A stretch of 64,000 nt of DNA from Cyanidioschyzon merolae (Eukaryota), in the NCBI GenBank assembly GCA_000091205.1, contig AP006485.2. One strand, given 5' to 3'. A program made the position numbers and the translations under genes. The notes below the pieces were generated by a model, which ran no database searches, was not told the DNA's origin, and saw only the letters and a list, made by a program, of their open reading frames with translations. Positions 1 to 10,700 of this stretch are shown here, piece by piece (within the stretch, counting starts at the first letter, position 1; each line of letters starts with the position of its first letter).

Positions 1-369
1 CCCCCCATTCCCCCCATTTACCTCCAACCCACGCACTTCACGCACTTCCCCATTAACGCGATGATCCCAGTGCCAATGCATATGTGATTATGACTTCTAT
101 CTCTCAAAATTCATTACTGATCCGTCTTCGGCGGTACGATCTGAGCGCGTACGCATCTGTTATATCTCCATCTGGCATTCCATGATCATTACTGTTTTAC
201 CTCCAGCTTTTTTGTTTTTGGTTTTGACAGAACCTCTACACTGCCCAGACGGCCGTGACCTCCGGATCGATAATCGTTTCAGGAAATCAACCGTTCCGCT
301 GAATAGTTTCTTCAGCTTCCGTTGTATTTACTTAATCTCGGCTTTATTGATCTAGTCAGGCTTTTTATT

Positions 370-775
370 CGGCGCCAATGCCTGCCGTAAGCACCCGCTC
401 TATCGTTTGTATCTCCGTTGCGGATATCCTCTGGTTACAGAGCAGCTTTTGCATACCACTGTGCTCGTTGGAAGTGGCTTGGTTCATACAACATGGAATG
501 ACAGAGATTTATTTTGTTGCGAGCCTCCAAGCTGTTGTTGCAGACCCTCTGCCTGTGGGAGTGCGAAGCGTTGTAGTACGTGTTTACTGCATCCAAGTTG
601 GGGCCCAGACGCAGCATAGCCCCTCCTAGTCCCAAAAAATTCGTTTCGGACGAGATGGAAAGGAGCGACACATCACCTGCCACTGAAGTTCTAGACGGGG
701 CACTATCTGGTAGAATCTCGCGGCTCGGAGACCTTCCGCCTAATAGATGACTGTTGGAGCAAACGTAAAAACCTC
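370..775 (+). repeat. Non-coding dispersed repeat, family 3 copy (partial)
   Basis: Shares blocks 'tgcctgccgt(a/g)agcacccgc', 'gctcctag(t/c)cccagaat' and 'ctcg..ggaccttccgcctaraaggta' with the copies at 22590-23150 and 34500-35030. Confidence 0.5.
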
Positions 776-1518
776 TTCCTATTGAAGTTTACTGTAGTTT
801 GCGATAGTGCTTGCTATCCCCTTTGTGGGTAATTTTTTTGCATTCTCTTCGTCGCGCACCTGTTAATGACTTATCCTGAAATTTGGCCGTCACATCACAC
901 CACGTGCTTCTCGCCGATCAAGAGAAACCTGCTAATGACCTCTTCTGGAGCGACTGTTTTATCCATCGCGGCCACTTTTATTTTGCGATCGGGTCGTAGC
1001 AAAATATAGTTTTGGCTTCAATGGCGTTTCAATCTTCAAGTAAATGTTCTCAGCTGATTTTCGCTGCTCAAAGTAGAGGTCTTCAATGAGTTTTTCTCCT
1101 AAAAAATTAGACTAATGTAATTGGGGGAGTGGGTTTGGGGTGGCCGGTATTGTGTATTTCAGAATGAAACGTGACTTAGTGCCGATCGAAGAGGATCAGG
1201 AAAAAAAGAAGATGCAACATGGGGAGGTCTTACATTGAAGGCTTCAATAGTGACGTCTGTACGACGAGATGGTGGTGGAATCCTATCTTTTCCTACATAT
1301 CAATGATCCTTACCACTCAATGTTGCGAGACGTTATCAGAAACAGTGTCGGTTCGTACGCCATGTATATTTTTAACTTTTCTTGAAGACTGCGGCGTTTG
1401 GAGAGCGAGCTGCATCGGGACGTGACGCACACCGCGAAGGTGATGTTTCCGGAAGATTTTTCACAATAGACTTACATCAACCACCTGATTGTTTTTAATG
1501 GGAAAACATCGGGGATAA

Positions 1519-1893
1519 ATGAGCGAGTGCATGCCTTCCTCAAAAATTACGCCAAATACCTCGTCAGCGATGCTGAACGAGGGGGTGACGCCGACATTTT
1601 TCGAATACAGGGCAATGAGGTGCCTTACGAAAGTGAGGAACCATAAGATCGTAAACCTCGATTGTTTCATGAAACGCGTCGTCTTTGCGCTGTACCCGGG
1701 CCCGTTTCGCAAAGGGATGCTGGCAATCATCGATTGCAAGAAGAGCGATCGCCAGCATGAACAGGAGATCAGAATCGTCGACAAGAGGACATCAAACAGG
1801 AGAAAGAATCTTGCTTTCGTTATCCGCGCCACTATTCTAAAACATCGTTCGGTCTTGGGTCATGTCATCCCAAGTGAAAACTGTCAGATATGA
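1519..1893 (+). pseudogene. ORF-A companion protein remnant (copy C)
   Basis: 'FMKRVVFALYPGPFRKGMLAIIDCKKSDRQHEQEIRIVDK' aligns with ORF-A of copy B ('FMIRAVFALYPGISRKGIWAMINGVTNDRKYEDEIEFVDK'). An upstream in-frame stop breaks the N-terminal part. The TGA stop overlaps the next ATG (ATGA at 1890). Confidence 0.55.
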
Positions 1894-3306
1894 TCAAAGA
1901 AGACGAAGAGAGAATTTACTCCCTCATCTTGCCACACCTCATTTTTTCGGACAGAGAACACGCACGCAAGGCCGACATGGAGCAGAGTGCAGAAAAAATG
2001 ACGGGTGGGAGTACCGACATTGAAGGCCTTCTCCAGATGCGATTCATTGTGGTTCAGTTATGCGAGTTCAATTCATATTCTGTGAATATCGACTCTAGAG
2101 TCCTTTACGCCTTCACGAAATAGATCGGTCCAGAGCTCGATGTAAACTACAAAGAGATCACCGGCGAAGACCGGGACACCCTGGTAGAATATCTTCGATT
2201 TCAAGCGTCCCAAACCGGCCAAAGAAAGGTACTCACGGGGGCCATCGATTACGATGTGGTATACATAAACCTACACTCTCAGGGGTTGAAGGCACGTCGT
2301 CCTATCCCGTCTTCGTTATCTCACTTGCCGAAGCGCGTACACAAGAAGACGGGCGATGGAACGTATAATGCCCACGAAATCGTCTTTCTCTGCGGCCTTA
2401 ACCCCTTGAATACGAATATCATCAGCATCGCTGCTCCCAGGCGTGCGGAAGGTGGTACTGACGGCAACATGCCTCAGAAAGACCTGTTTTTGTTGGTGTT
2501 CTCGAGAGCGAGATGGTATCGGGAATCCGGGAGATTGAGTGCGAGGATGGACATCGACCCGTGGAGTGCAACAGTTAAGGATAACCCGGAAACTTTGAGC
2601 GAGGTGACATGCCCAAGAGCGGACTCTCTAGTTTTTTGGATATTCAAAGAAGTTCGCGTTGCACACTGGGATGCGCTGTGCAAGGAATACTCAAAGCCAC
2701 GGTAGACTCGTTTGCAAATGAATCTACGCGGTGGGAGGCAGCATGCATTTGCGAATTTCTTCAATCAGTTGAGCGCCTTGAAGGAGAATGAACGTCAGTG
2801 GCTCGTATTAGCATACGGAGCATGGCGCTGGAAGACCCAAAAAGGGTGTACACCAGCTCCAACGACTAGGGTGTACAAGGGGTGCGCAAGGCGTTTCGTT
2901 ACGATACCTGTAGATGAGTTCCGAACATCGTATACACACCATGAACTGGGTTGTACACTTCAGAGAATGGAGATTGAAAAGTGCCAGTGGAGCCCTGAGG
3001 ATGTGAAAACTACGGACCGCTGACAGAAGAGCAAACGGAAAGGAAAGCGATAGTTCGAGGGCTACTTGCATAAGTACCACCAACGGCAAGAACCGGAAAG
3101 AGTTTTTGAACCGAGACTTTAACGCCGCTATCAATAAAAGTAGATGTGCGGTACTAGAGAAAAGTCCTCCAGAATGGACAAAAGAGAACTTTCTAAGAGA
3201 ACCTCTCAAAGTCGAACTATATGAGAAACAATTGGAAGCAGTAATAGGTGTCCGGTCCAAAAAGACTGGGAGGCGTCTGCACTTCAGTTGGAGACGTTTC
3301 GTCTAG
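1890..3306 (+). pseudogene. TnpB/Fanzor-like RuvC nuclease, frameshifted (copy C)
   Basis: Pieces 1890-2123, 2256-2705, 2712-3023 and 3106-3306 lie in three frames. They carry 'GLNPLNTNIISIAAPRRAEGGTDG' (RuvC-I), '[31 protein letters not shown]' (RuvC-II plus Zn finger) and 'MNRDFNAAINKSRCAVL' (RuvC-III). Confidence 0.65.
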
Positions 3307-4015
3307 GGCGGACCGGTCGCCGCTACTGCACTATGCCGACGTCGTTCCGCTTTAGAACGGCGTTTGGCTGTGGGTGCAACTTTTCGACGTCATGCTTTCC
3401 AGTGCAGAAGGAGTAAAATTGTGCCACTGTAATCCATTTCTGCTTCTCTGCCGTCTGCGCCAATTCTGGATCATGTATCACTGTGGATGATATTTTGCGT
3501 TTTGAGAAAGTGTGGTTTACTGCTAAGGTTCATCTCTTTCCATGAATCAGTTCCTGAATGCGTTTACGCCACAGCTCCAAGTGTCAAGCAACAGAGCTGA
3601 CCGCTAACATCCACGACTGCGGAAACGGTCTAGAGGAGTCGTTTGCGCCCTGGCACAATCAACCACATCTCCAAGCTTCAATGTACTTGACTCACGGATC
3701 GCGAATTCTCATGTGCCCTGCATGTGCTGCTATGATCATCAACCAATATATGCACAACCCAATCTTGTTCTCAGATTATTTTCTTCACCGGTTTTTTCGA
3801 ATGCGCTCATATATAGATCCGGCTTCGCATATTCAGGTGCAGGACTCATGCCGCCTCCGTGATCCACGTGCTTAGCAGTATGTTGTCGAAGGCTTTTACG
3901 CAGTGAACCATACATTATTACCATTGCTTTGATAAGAACCTCAGCAGGTAGGCCTCGCAGCTTATGTTGTATCCCATATGCTAGTTGCGCCTGTACTCTA
4001 CGTCAAACTGGATGC

Positions 4016-6433
4016 TCAGCAGGCAGCACCTATAACAATCACGCGAGCCTTCTCCAATATTTGCGCTGCACTTGCGTATATGCGGTAGAGCCTTTCCGCG
4101 TACGGCATGATAGACGCAGTACTGTCTGAACCGAGCGCTGAACCGCACATGGTGCGCAGCACATCTACCCGCGCAGGCCATAGCACAGCGTGGGCGACCT
4201 CTTGCGAGGCGTACGTGCCGTAGCAGCTTACGAGTAGACCATCAACCACGAGGCGTCCGGAACGCGTTAGTGGCGCATAGACTCCCTCACGCGTTACATA
4301 AGTGTCGATCGCGACGACAGGGTCCGCTCTATGGGCAGCGGCATCGAGAAGGGCGTCGCCTATGCGTATATGTTCTGCAAAAACTGCCTCGAGGGCGAGG
4401 CTCTCCAGCTCGGGCCTCTGATGTATTGTCTGCTGGTGACGTAAAAGATCTGAAAAAGGGGTCATCCCAAAATCCCGGACTCTCATGCTTGCGTGCATAC
4501 GGTACACTAAATGCTGACTCGTCAAGCGCAACTGCTTCCCTGATAACGTCTTAATAAGTAGGACCTCCGCGGTTGCGCCAGGCTCTTTGTGCAACCATCC
4601 AAGTATAGTATCCTCTAGCAGCTGTCCACTTCTATCGGCCCCAATCACACTCATACCCGAGCGCAACTCACTCATCGGCCGAATACTGCCCAGACGATCG
4701 ATCAGCACAGTGGCATCCTCCGGGAAGCAGATCGTGGTGCCGCCATTGATAGGAATTTTCGTGACATTCGCTGCTGTGGACGGTGTCGCTGAGAGTGATG
4801 GAGTCGCCGACGCAGTCGGTGTCGCTGTAGGCGTTGAGGTTGAGGTTGGTGTCGGCGTCGGTGTCGGCGTCGGTGTCGGCGTCGGTGTCGGCGTCGGTGT
4901 CGGGGAAGGGGTAATCATTGATTCGCTGAGCATGAATATATCATTGAGCTCTCCCTTTCCTTCACTTGTGTTCGAGTATCCGAATCCTCCGAACAGTATC
5001 ATGCCGCTTTCAGTTGTATTCCAGAGAGCAGATCCATACCGAGCACCGGGAACGACGCTGGGACTGAAAGTCCTAAACATTCCGTAATCAGCGGGGGCAT
5101 TAATGACTGCGCTACCATTGATCCAAGCCCACTGGCGCTGCTCCACGTTAAACAACCAAAGATCGTTCAGATCGCCGCTTTCGCTACTACTGTTCCCGTA
5201 CCCTTCACCACCAAAAAGCTGTAGATTTCCTGAAGCGTCAATGAAGCCAACTCCATACTCGCGGGATCCAGGATAGCTTGCAGCATCGGTATTGCCAAAT
5301 ATGATATACGATCCAGGGATCGAGATCGTGGTATTGCCTGCGACAAACGTCCATATGGACGTACTAATGTTATAAAACCAAAGATCATTCAAAAATCCTG
5401 GATAAGATTCCGAACCATTTCCATAACCAAACCCACCAAACATCCACAGATTGGCTTTTGAATCCGTCCATGTAATTGCACCCTGGCGAGCTCCGGGAGC
5501 ATTCGATCTATTGGCAATATCAGGTTCACTGTAATTGCCAGGCTGGTTTACCGATTGTGACCCACCCATATATGCCCACAGTGATAAGGATCTGTTGAAG
5601 CACCAAAGGTCTGAAAACAGGTACGAATAGCAATTCTCACCTCCAAACAACCAGAAGTTTCCATCTGCGCCCAGCCAGAACGCTGCCTTTAAGCGAGCCC
5701 CAGGGTTGTAAGAGGGATCGTAGGAACCCATTGGCCCGTACGTGGGTAAGGCATTGATTGTATCGTTGCCGTCTACCCAGGTCCAGTTTCCACTAACTGT
5801 GTCGTACTGCCACATGTCGTTAAGGCAACCGATATTACCATTTCCATCCAATCCGTAGCCTCCAAACAACCAGAAATGCTCCTCGTCTGCACGCCAGAAT
5901 GCACTGGCCTCCCTTGCGCCCGGAATATTGAGGGCGCTTCCGACTCCAAGTGTACCATAGTTTCCAGGCACATAAATGTCCATAGATCCGCCGATCCATG
6001 CCCACTCGAGCGAGGTAACGTTCAGTCTCCACAGATCGTTAAGATAACCTCCAGAGGAGTTCGCGTATCCAAAGCCACCAAAAAGGTACAAAACGCCGGG
6101 GCTTCCAACCCAGGTCGAGGAGTAGTGGCGACCGCCTGGGACGTTATTCGAGGACGCCACGTTCAGCGTACCATACTTCCCATAATTGTTGACACTAGTT
6201 TCTCCACCTATCCAGGTCCACCGCACGGGATAAGCCGGTGCCCCTGCGCCTACCAAAACCCAAATACGGGCCGAGAACCACAAACAAACGACCAAAACAC
6301 GCAGCCAGAGTACCCGCCTGAGACTACTCCGCCTCAAGCCTCCTTTCATAGGTGAATCTTGTCTTCGTACAGCTCGGGAAGCTCGCCCAAAAGCGTGTCC
6401 AAAGAAGGAAATCGCCGGCTTCAGAACACGCAA
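4016..6433 (-). CDS. Secreted Kelch-repeat / Thr-Pro linker / Hint-domain (Hedgehog-type 'Hog') protein; the true start is probably the Met of 'MKGGLRRSSLRRVLWLRVLVVCLWF' near 6349
   Basis: Single ORF of 805 aa with an N-terminal signal peptide, repeated 'WLFGG / LFGGFGY' kelch or galactose-oxidase-like blades and a (PT)n linker. The C-terminal Hint domain reads 'CFPEDATVLIDRLG...TSQHLVYRM...GVYAPLTRSGRLVVDGLLVSCYG'. Confidence 0.8.
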   Translation of the reverse strand: MRVLKPAISFFGHAFGRASRAVRRQDSPMKGGLRRSSLRRVLWLRVLVVCLWFSARIWVLVGAGAPAYPVRWTWIGGETSVNNYGKYGTLNVASSNNVPGGRHYSSTWVGSPGVLYLFGGFGYANSSGGYLNDLWRLNVTSLEWAWIGGSMDIYVPGNYGTLGVGSALNIPGAREASAFWRADEEHFWLFGGYGLDGNGNIGCLNDMWQYDTVSGNWTWVDGNDTINALPTYGPMGSYDPSYNPGARLKAAFWLGADGNFWLFGGENCYSYLFSDLWCFNRSLSLWAYMGGSQSVNQPGNYSEPDIANRSNAPGARQGAITWTDSKANLWMFGGFGYGNGSESYPGFLNDLWFYNISTSIWTFVAGNTTISIPGSYIIFGNTDAASYPGSREYGVGFIDASGNLQLFGGEGYGNSSSESGDLNDLWLFNVEQRQWAWINGSAVINAPADYGMFRTFSPSVVPGARYGSALWNTTESGMILFGGFGYSNTSEGKGELNDIFMLSESMITPSPTPTPTPTPTPTPTPTPTPTSTSTPTATPTASATPSLSATPSTAANVTKIPINGGTTICFPEDATVLIDRLGSIRPMSELRSGMSVIGADRSGQLLEDTILGWLHKEPGATAEVLLIKTLSGKQLRLTSQHLVYRMHASMRVRDFGMTPFSDLLRHQQTIHQRPELESLALEAVFAEHIRIGDALLDAAAHRADPVVAIDTYVTREGVYAPLTRSGRLVVDGLLVSCYGTYASQEVAHAVLWPARVDVLRTMCGSALGSDSTASIMPYAERLYRIYASAAQILEKARVIVIGAAC

Positions 6434-7249
6434 CGAACGATCGCAAGACTAGACGTTTTCAATGACTGCAGCCACGTGCGTTGCGCGCGCAACGTTGGAA
6501 ACGCACGTTGCGCAACGCATGCAGCCGGTTCTGATCTCGAGATGCATGCGAGCACTTGAACCTGAACTATGTGGACCAATATAGAATGTAATGGACATTT
6601 ATGCACATGGACCAATCATCCAAAAGTTTGTTTCGATCTGCTACTGGTGGGATCCTGTACTAAACGGTACACATGGGACACCAACCAAGATGCACTAAAG
6701 GCCTTGGACTTGAAATGGAACAATCATGTCCTATTATTGTGTAAAAACGAATACGATGCATCATAATGCCAAAGTTCGGTTCCAAAGAGTCGCAGCAGCA
6801 CGCCCCTTGGGGCAGCCTGCAGCTGCCCCGATGCGCGAGCGCAAATGCGCGCATTCCGGGCAGCGGCGGTGTTGGCAATACGAAACAGTGGCGACATTTG
6901 TGTAAAGAGCGTCGAGGCGCCATCGTGGCGTCGGACACGTGTGCTTCATCGATCTGAGTAGCGTCTCGCGCGGTGCGCGCATCGCGCTCGGTGAGCGTCC
7001 CTGGGAGGTCGGGTAGTCAACGGACGCGACGCACTTGTCGCCGTTGAAGGGAAATGTGATCCTCAGGATTCGTTGGCGTGTTGTTCTAACATAAAACTTG
7101 TATTTGTATTGCAATCGTAACAAAATATATGGTTTCATCTCAGTCATGTTGCAGCCCTCAAGTAAAAATACTGGAGTGTTTTTTTCGCAGTATACAACAG
7201 GAACCTTCAAAGAGGGTTCTTTCTCAAAAAAAAACTAAAAAGGAAAGCT

Positions 7250-8042
7250 ATGAAAAAGCAAGTCCACGATCCTGGAGGTCCAGGGTCGGCGGCTGCTAGA
7301 AAAAAAACAAAAGACGGTGCCGAGTTCATAAGAAAAGGAAGAGAAAAAGAAGCAAAAATGGGAGGCCCTACGTAGAAGGCGGCAAGAAAGACGACCGCAC
7401 TACGAGGTTGTGGTGAAAACCTGTCTTCTTGGACATATCAAGGATCCCTACATGGAAAAGTTGCGAGACATTATCGAAAAACGTGTCGGCTCGTACTCCA
7501 AGAGCATTGTCAATGCGTCGTCAGGACTAATGCATTTGGTGAGGGAGATGTACCACGAAGTTACGCACATGGAAACGGTCGAGGTACCCTGACGGGTTTT
7601 TCGATAAGACTTTACTCATCACCTGATGCTTGGTACAGAGGAAACGCGGAAGGAAAATGAGCTAGTAAATGCCTTCCGCGAGAAACATCCCTTTTACAGT
7701 TTCGAGGGTACTCGATACAAGGGTGAACGGGATATTTACACTTACGAAGCGATGAAGTATCTCACGAATCTGCAGAACCATTTGACAGCGGACCTCGAAC
7801 GTTTTATGATACGCGCCGTGTTTGCACTTTACCCGGGCATCTCTCGCAAGGGGATATGGGCGATTATCAATGGCATCACGAAAGATCGCAAGCGTGACAA
7901 TGAGGTCGAATTTGTCGACAAGAAGGCCTCACGCAGGAGCACAAATGAGGATTCCGTCATCCGTGCGGTTATACAAGCGCACCGGGCAATCTCGAGGCTG
8001 GCGAATCCAGCAGGCAAGATATCAGAGTTGAAAAAAAGATAA
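7250..8042 (+). pseudogene. ORF-A companion protein (copy A), frameshifted
   Basis: The conserved leader ATG at 7250 ('aaaggaaagctATGaaaaagcaagtccacgatcc') gives 'MKKQVHDPGGPGS...', a basic Lys-rich leader ending at TAG 7373. The body then lies in other frames (7410-7592, 7626-8042) with a +1 insertion relative to copy B. It retains 'YTYEAMKYLTNLQNHLTADLERFMIRAVFALYPGISRKGIWAIINGITKDRKRDNEVEFVDKK'. Confidence 0.55.
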
Positions 8043-8160
8043 AATGCTGTCGCCTCATTCTGCTCGATTTCGTATTTCTGGACCGAGAGCTCGAACGCAA
8101 AGCGGAGATGAAGCTGAGTGAGGAAAAAATGAAGAATGGGAGAGACGGAAGGCGTTCCTA

Positions 8161-9600
8161 ACGGGGAAGCGCTTCAACGGGGTTCCGTTGTGCAACATCA
8201 AGTCACATTTTGTGAGTACCGACTCCGGCGTCCTTTATGGCATCATGGTGGGGTTCAGTCCGGAGTTCAAAGTTAGCAGGGAGGACTTCACCGGCGAGAA
8301 CCGGGTGACGTACTGGAAGAGTATCTTCGATTTCAAACCTGTAAAAGTCAGCAAACAGAAGGTATTCACTGGGTTGATCGAAACCGATGGAGTAGCCTTG
8401 TGCGTACACTACCGGCGGTTGAAGAAAGATCGGCCAGTCCCTCCCTTGGCTGCGCCCGTGACGAAGGATGCAGAAAACAAAGAGGCGGATGCTGCGACGC
8501 ACAGAGTGCAGGATAACGACTTTATTGTTGACGCGGCGAAGGATGACGATGAAAAGGAGGCGGTTCCTGAGACGGAGGAGATGGAGGATGACGACTTTGC
8601 GGTTGGCGCGGTGAAGGATGAAGAAAAGAAGGAGGCGGTTCCTGCGATGCAGGAGGTGCAGGATAACGACCTTGTCATTGGCACGGTGAAGGATGAAGAA
8701 AAGAAGGAGGCGGATCTTGAGACGCAGAAAGTGCAGGATAACGACTTTGTCGTTGGCGCGGACCCTGGAAATACGAATATCATCACCATCGCAGCACCGA
8801 AGCGTGCTGAAGATGGCACTGACGGTAACTTACGTCAGAAAGACATGCGTCTTTTAAGATTCTCGAGAGCGAGATACTACCGGGAATCAGGAACCATGAA
8901 TGCAAGGAAGAGAATCGAAACATGGAATGCCGGAAGAAAGGATCTCCTGGAAGCCTTGAGCGAGGTGACTAACCGAGGAGCGGACTTTGAAGCTTTTCGG
9001 AAACTCATGAAAGTTCGCGTTGCTCATTGGGATGCGCTGTGGGAGAAGTATACCAAGCCTCGGTGGGCTCGTCTGCGTATGAATCTATACGGTGGGAAGC
9101 AGCGGGCGTTTGCCAACTTTTTCAATCAGTTGAGTGCCCTCAAATAGGACAAGACTCAAAGGCTCGTAGTAGCAAATGGGGCAGGGCGATGGAAGACCCA
9201 AAAAGGCTGTACACCAGCTCCAACGACGCGAACGTACAAAGAGTGCGCAAGGCGTTTCGTTACGATACCTGTAGATGAGTTCCGAACATCGTATACACAC
9301 CACGAGCTGGGTTGTACACTTCAGAGAGTGGAGATGGAAAAGTGCTAGAGGAGCCCTGAAGATATAGTAAAGTATGGACCTCTGACGGAGGAACAAACGA
9401 AAAGGATGCGAAAGTTCGGGGACTACTTGCATCAGCATGTACAACCAGTGATGGCAAGAAACGTATGGAGTTTGTGAACCGAGACTTTCATGCCGCTATC
9501 AATGTCAGGAGATGTGCGGTGCTGCAGACGAGAACTCCAGAGCTGACACGAGAGAACTTTGTTGGACAACCTCTCAAAGACGAACTATATGAGAAAAATG
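8161..9600 (+). pseudogene. TnpB/Fanzor-like RuvC nuclease (copy A), disrupted
   Basis: Homologous to 16784-18025. The start codon is ACG, there is an in-frame TAG at about 9143, and there are more stops downstream. An internal ~84-nt tandem expansion is listed separately below. Confidence 0.7.
8455..8750 (+). repeat. Roughly 84-nt in-frame tandem repeat (about 3.5 units) inside the copy A nuclease ORF
   Basis: The repeating protein unit is 'KDEEKKEA(V/D)...[12 protein letters not shown]', and copy B has a single unit. The array ends at the RuvC-I motif 'GADPGNTN'. Confidence 0.7.
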
Positions 9601-9730
9601 GGAAGCAGTAGTAGGCAGCCGGCCGAAAAAAAAAGCCGGGAGGCGTCTGCATGTCAGTTGGACACTTTTCATGTGGGCGCCGGTCGCACTGCAGTAAACG
9701 CCCGACGTCGTTCGAGTTAGAACGGCGTTT
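9600..9730 (+). ncRNA. Conserved non-coding 3' tail of family 1 element (candidate omega-RNA / right-end region)
   Basis: 'gggaggcgtctgca..tcagttgga.ac.ttt...gggcg.ccggtcgc..ctgca.ta.cgcccgacgtcgttc.gtt.agaacggcgttt' is conserved between copies A and C and, more diverged, copy B, while the flanks are unrelated. Confidence 0.35.
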
Positions 9731-10700
9731 TGGAGCAGTCTGCAGAGCATCTGGTACTTTTTGCTTTGCCTTTATCGATATATGGATAAGGCTGTGGTTA
9801 CGATTCTTCTAGTACGGTCTTCTGACAGCCCGGGTCATTTCACTGCCTATTTTTTTCCAGGCACACCTTTTCATCTGCAGTGCGTCGACCGAATAGCCGT
9901 GAGAAGTTTACCCTCTTGGCCCTATAACTTTCTGACTTCATGCTTTCCACAGCACGAGCGCTAGAATTGTGCGATTCTAAAGCACTTCTGTCTTTCTGCC
10001 GCCTGGTGCTATTCTTGATCGTATTTCACTCAGAACAGCCTTTTTGGTTTTTGGAGAAATTCTGTTTCAAAGGTTTATCTGATATCTTCGCAACTGTCAA
10101 CTCCGTAATGCTTTCACAATACTACTCCAAGTGACACGCAACGAGGAGAAGCACGAATTTTTGTATCTGAAAGTAGACTCCATCGGAACGCCCCGCAAAC
10201 CTCTAGCCAGCATACTATTTCGATGCATAGATGCATGCGAAGCTCTGCTCACTCAGTCTCATGTGACCGACATCTGCTGCTATTCCTCTTCGCAAGTCTT
10301 GGCGCTACCGTACTTCTCTGTATATAAAACTGTATTCCGCGGCTTGCCTCGATTGCGCACAATAATAACTGTATGCAACTTTGCTCGTTCGTATAAGTTG
10401 CTATGGTTGTGCCCCTTATCAAAATCCCTGACAAAACGCAGTGCGAACCTTTTTCGAAATGTAACTCGTATGATCATCATCGCTTGATCATTATCCTAAG
10501 ACAGAAAAAGCGGAACCTAGAGTAGTACCATCGGTGCTGTTCGCCCCCGTGCTTCAGAGCAGATTGCCAGTTCAGCAAGCTGCAACTACAACACTTACGT
10601 AAGCCTCCGTTAAAACACGTGCTGCACTCGTCCAGTTATGATATAGCCTTTCTGCGTACTGCATGATACCCATAATACCCTCTGTGCCGAGCCCTGGTCC

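Larger units (their letters stand above)
1100..3370 (+). mobile_element. Fanzor/TnpB-type element family 1, degenerate copy C (ORF-A remnant plus frameshifted nuclease ORF plus conserved 3' tail)
   Basis: Nucleotide and protein similarity to the copies at 6925-9730 and 15565-18125 runs from about 1190 to 3370; the 5' boundary is uncertain. Confidence 0.6.
6925..9730 (+). mobile_element. Fanzor/TnpB-type element family 1, copy A (pseudogenised)
   Basis: Collinear with copy B over the upstream region, ORF-A, the nuclease ORF and the 3' tail. The nuclease has lost its ATG (ACG) and gained in-frame stops, and ORF-A is frameshifted. Confidence 0.75.

Noticed and set aside
1-60. C-rich start of the window ('ccccccattccccccatttacctccaaccc') as a telomere
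   Set aside because: It has no regular telomeric unit (for example TTAGGG or TTTAGGG-type tandem repeats), only an irregular C-rich stretch.
4587-5087. ORF containing 'GVGVGVGVGV'
   Set aside because: It is the antisense of the (ACN CCN)n Thr-Pro linker of the Hint-domain gene.
8042-8190. Spliceosomal intron joining ORF-A and the nuclease ORF into one Fanzor1-sized protein
   Set aside because: The apparent 'GTAGGT' at the end of ORF-A in copy B is created by a single AAG to TAG substitution (copy A reads through). In copy C the two ORFs meet at an ATGA overlap rather than at splice signals. This is not excluded, but it is unsupported.
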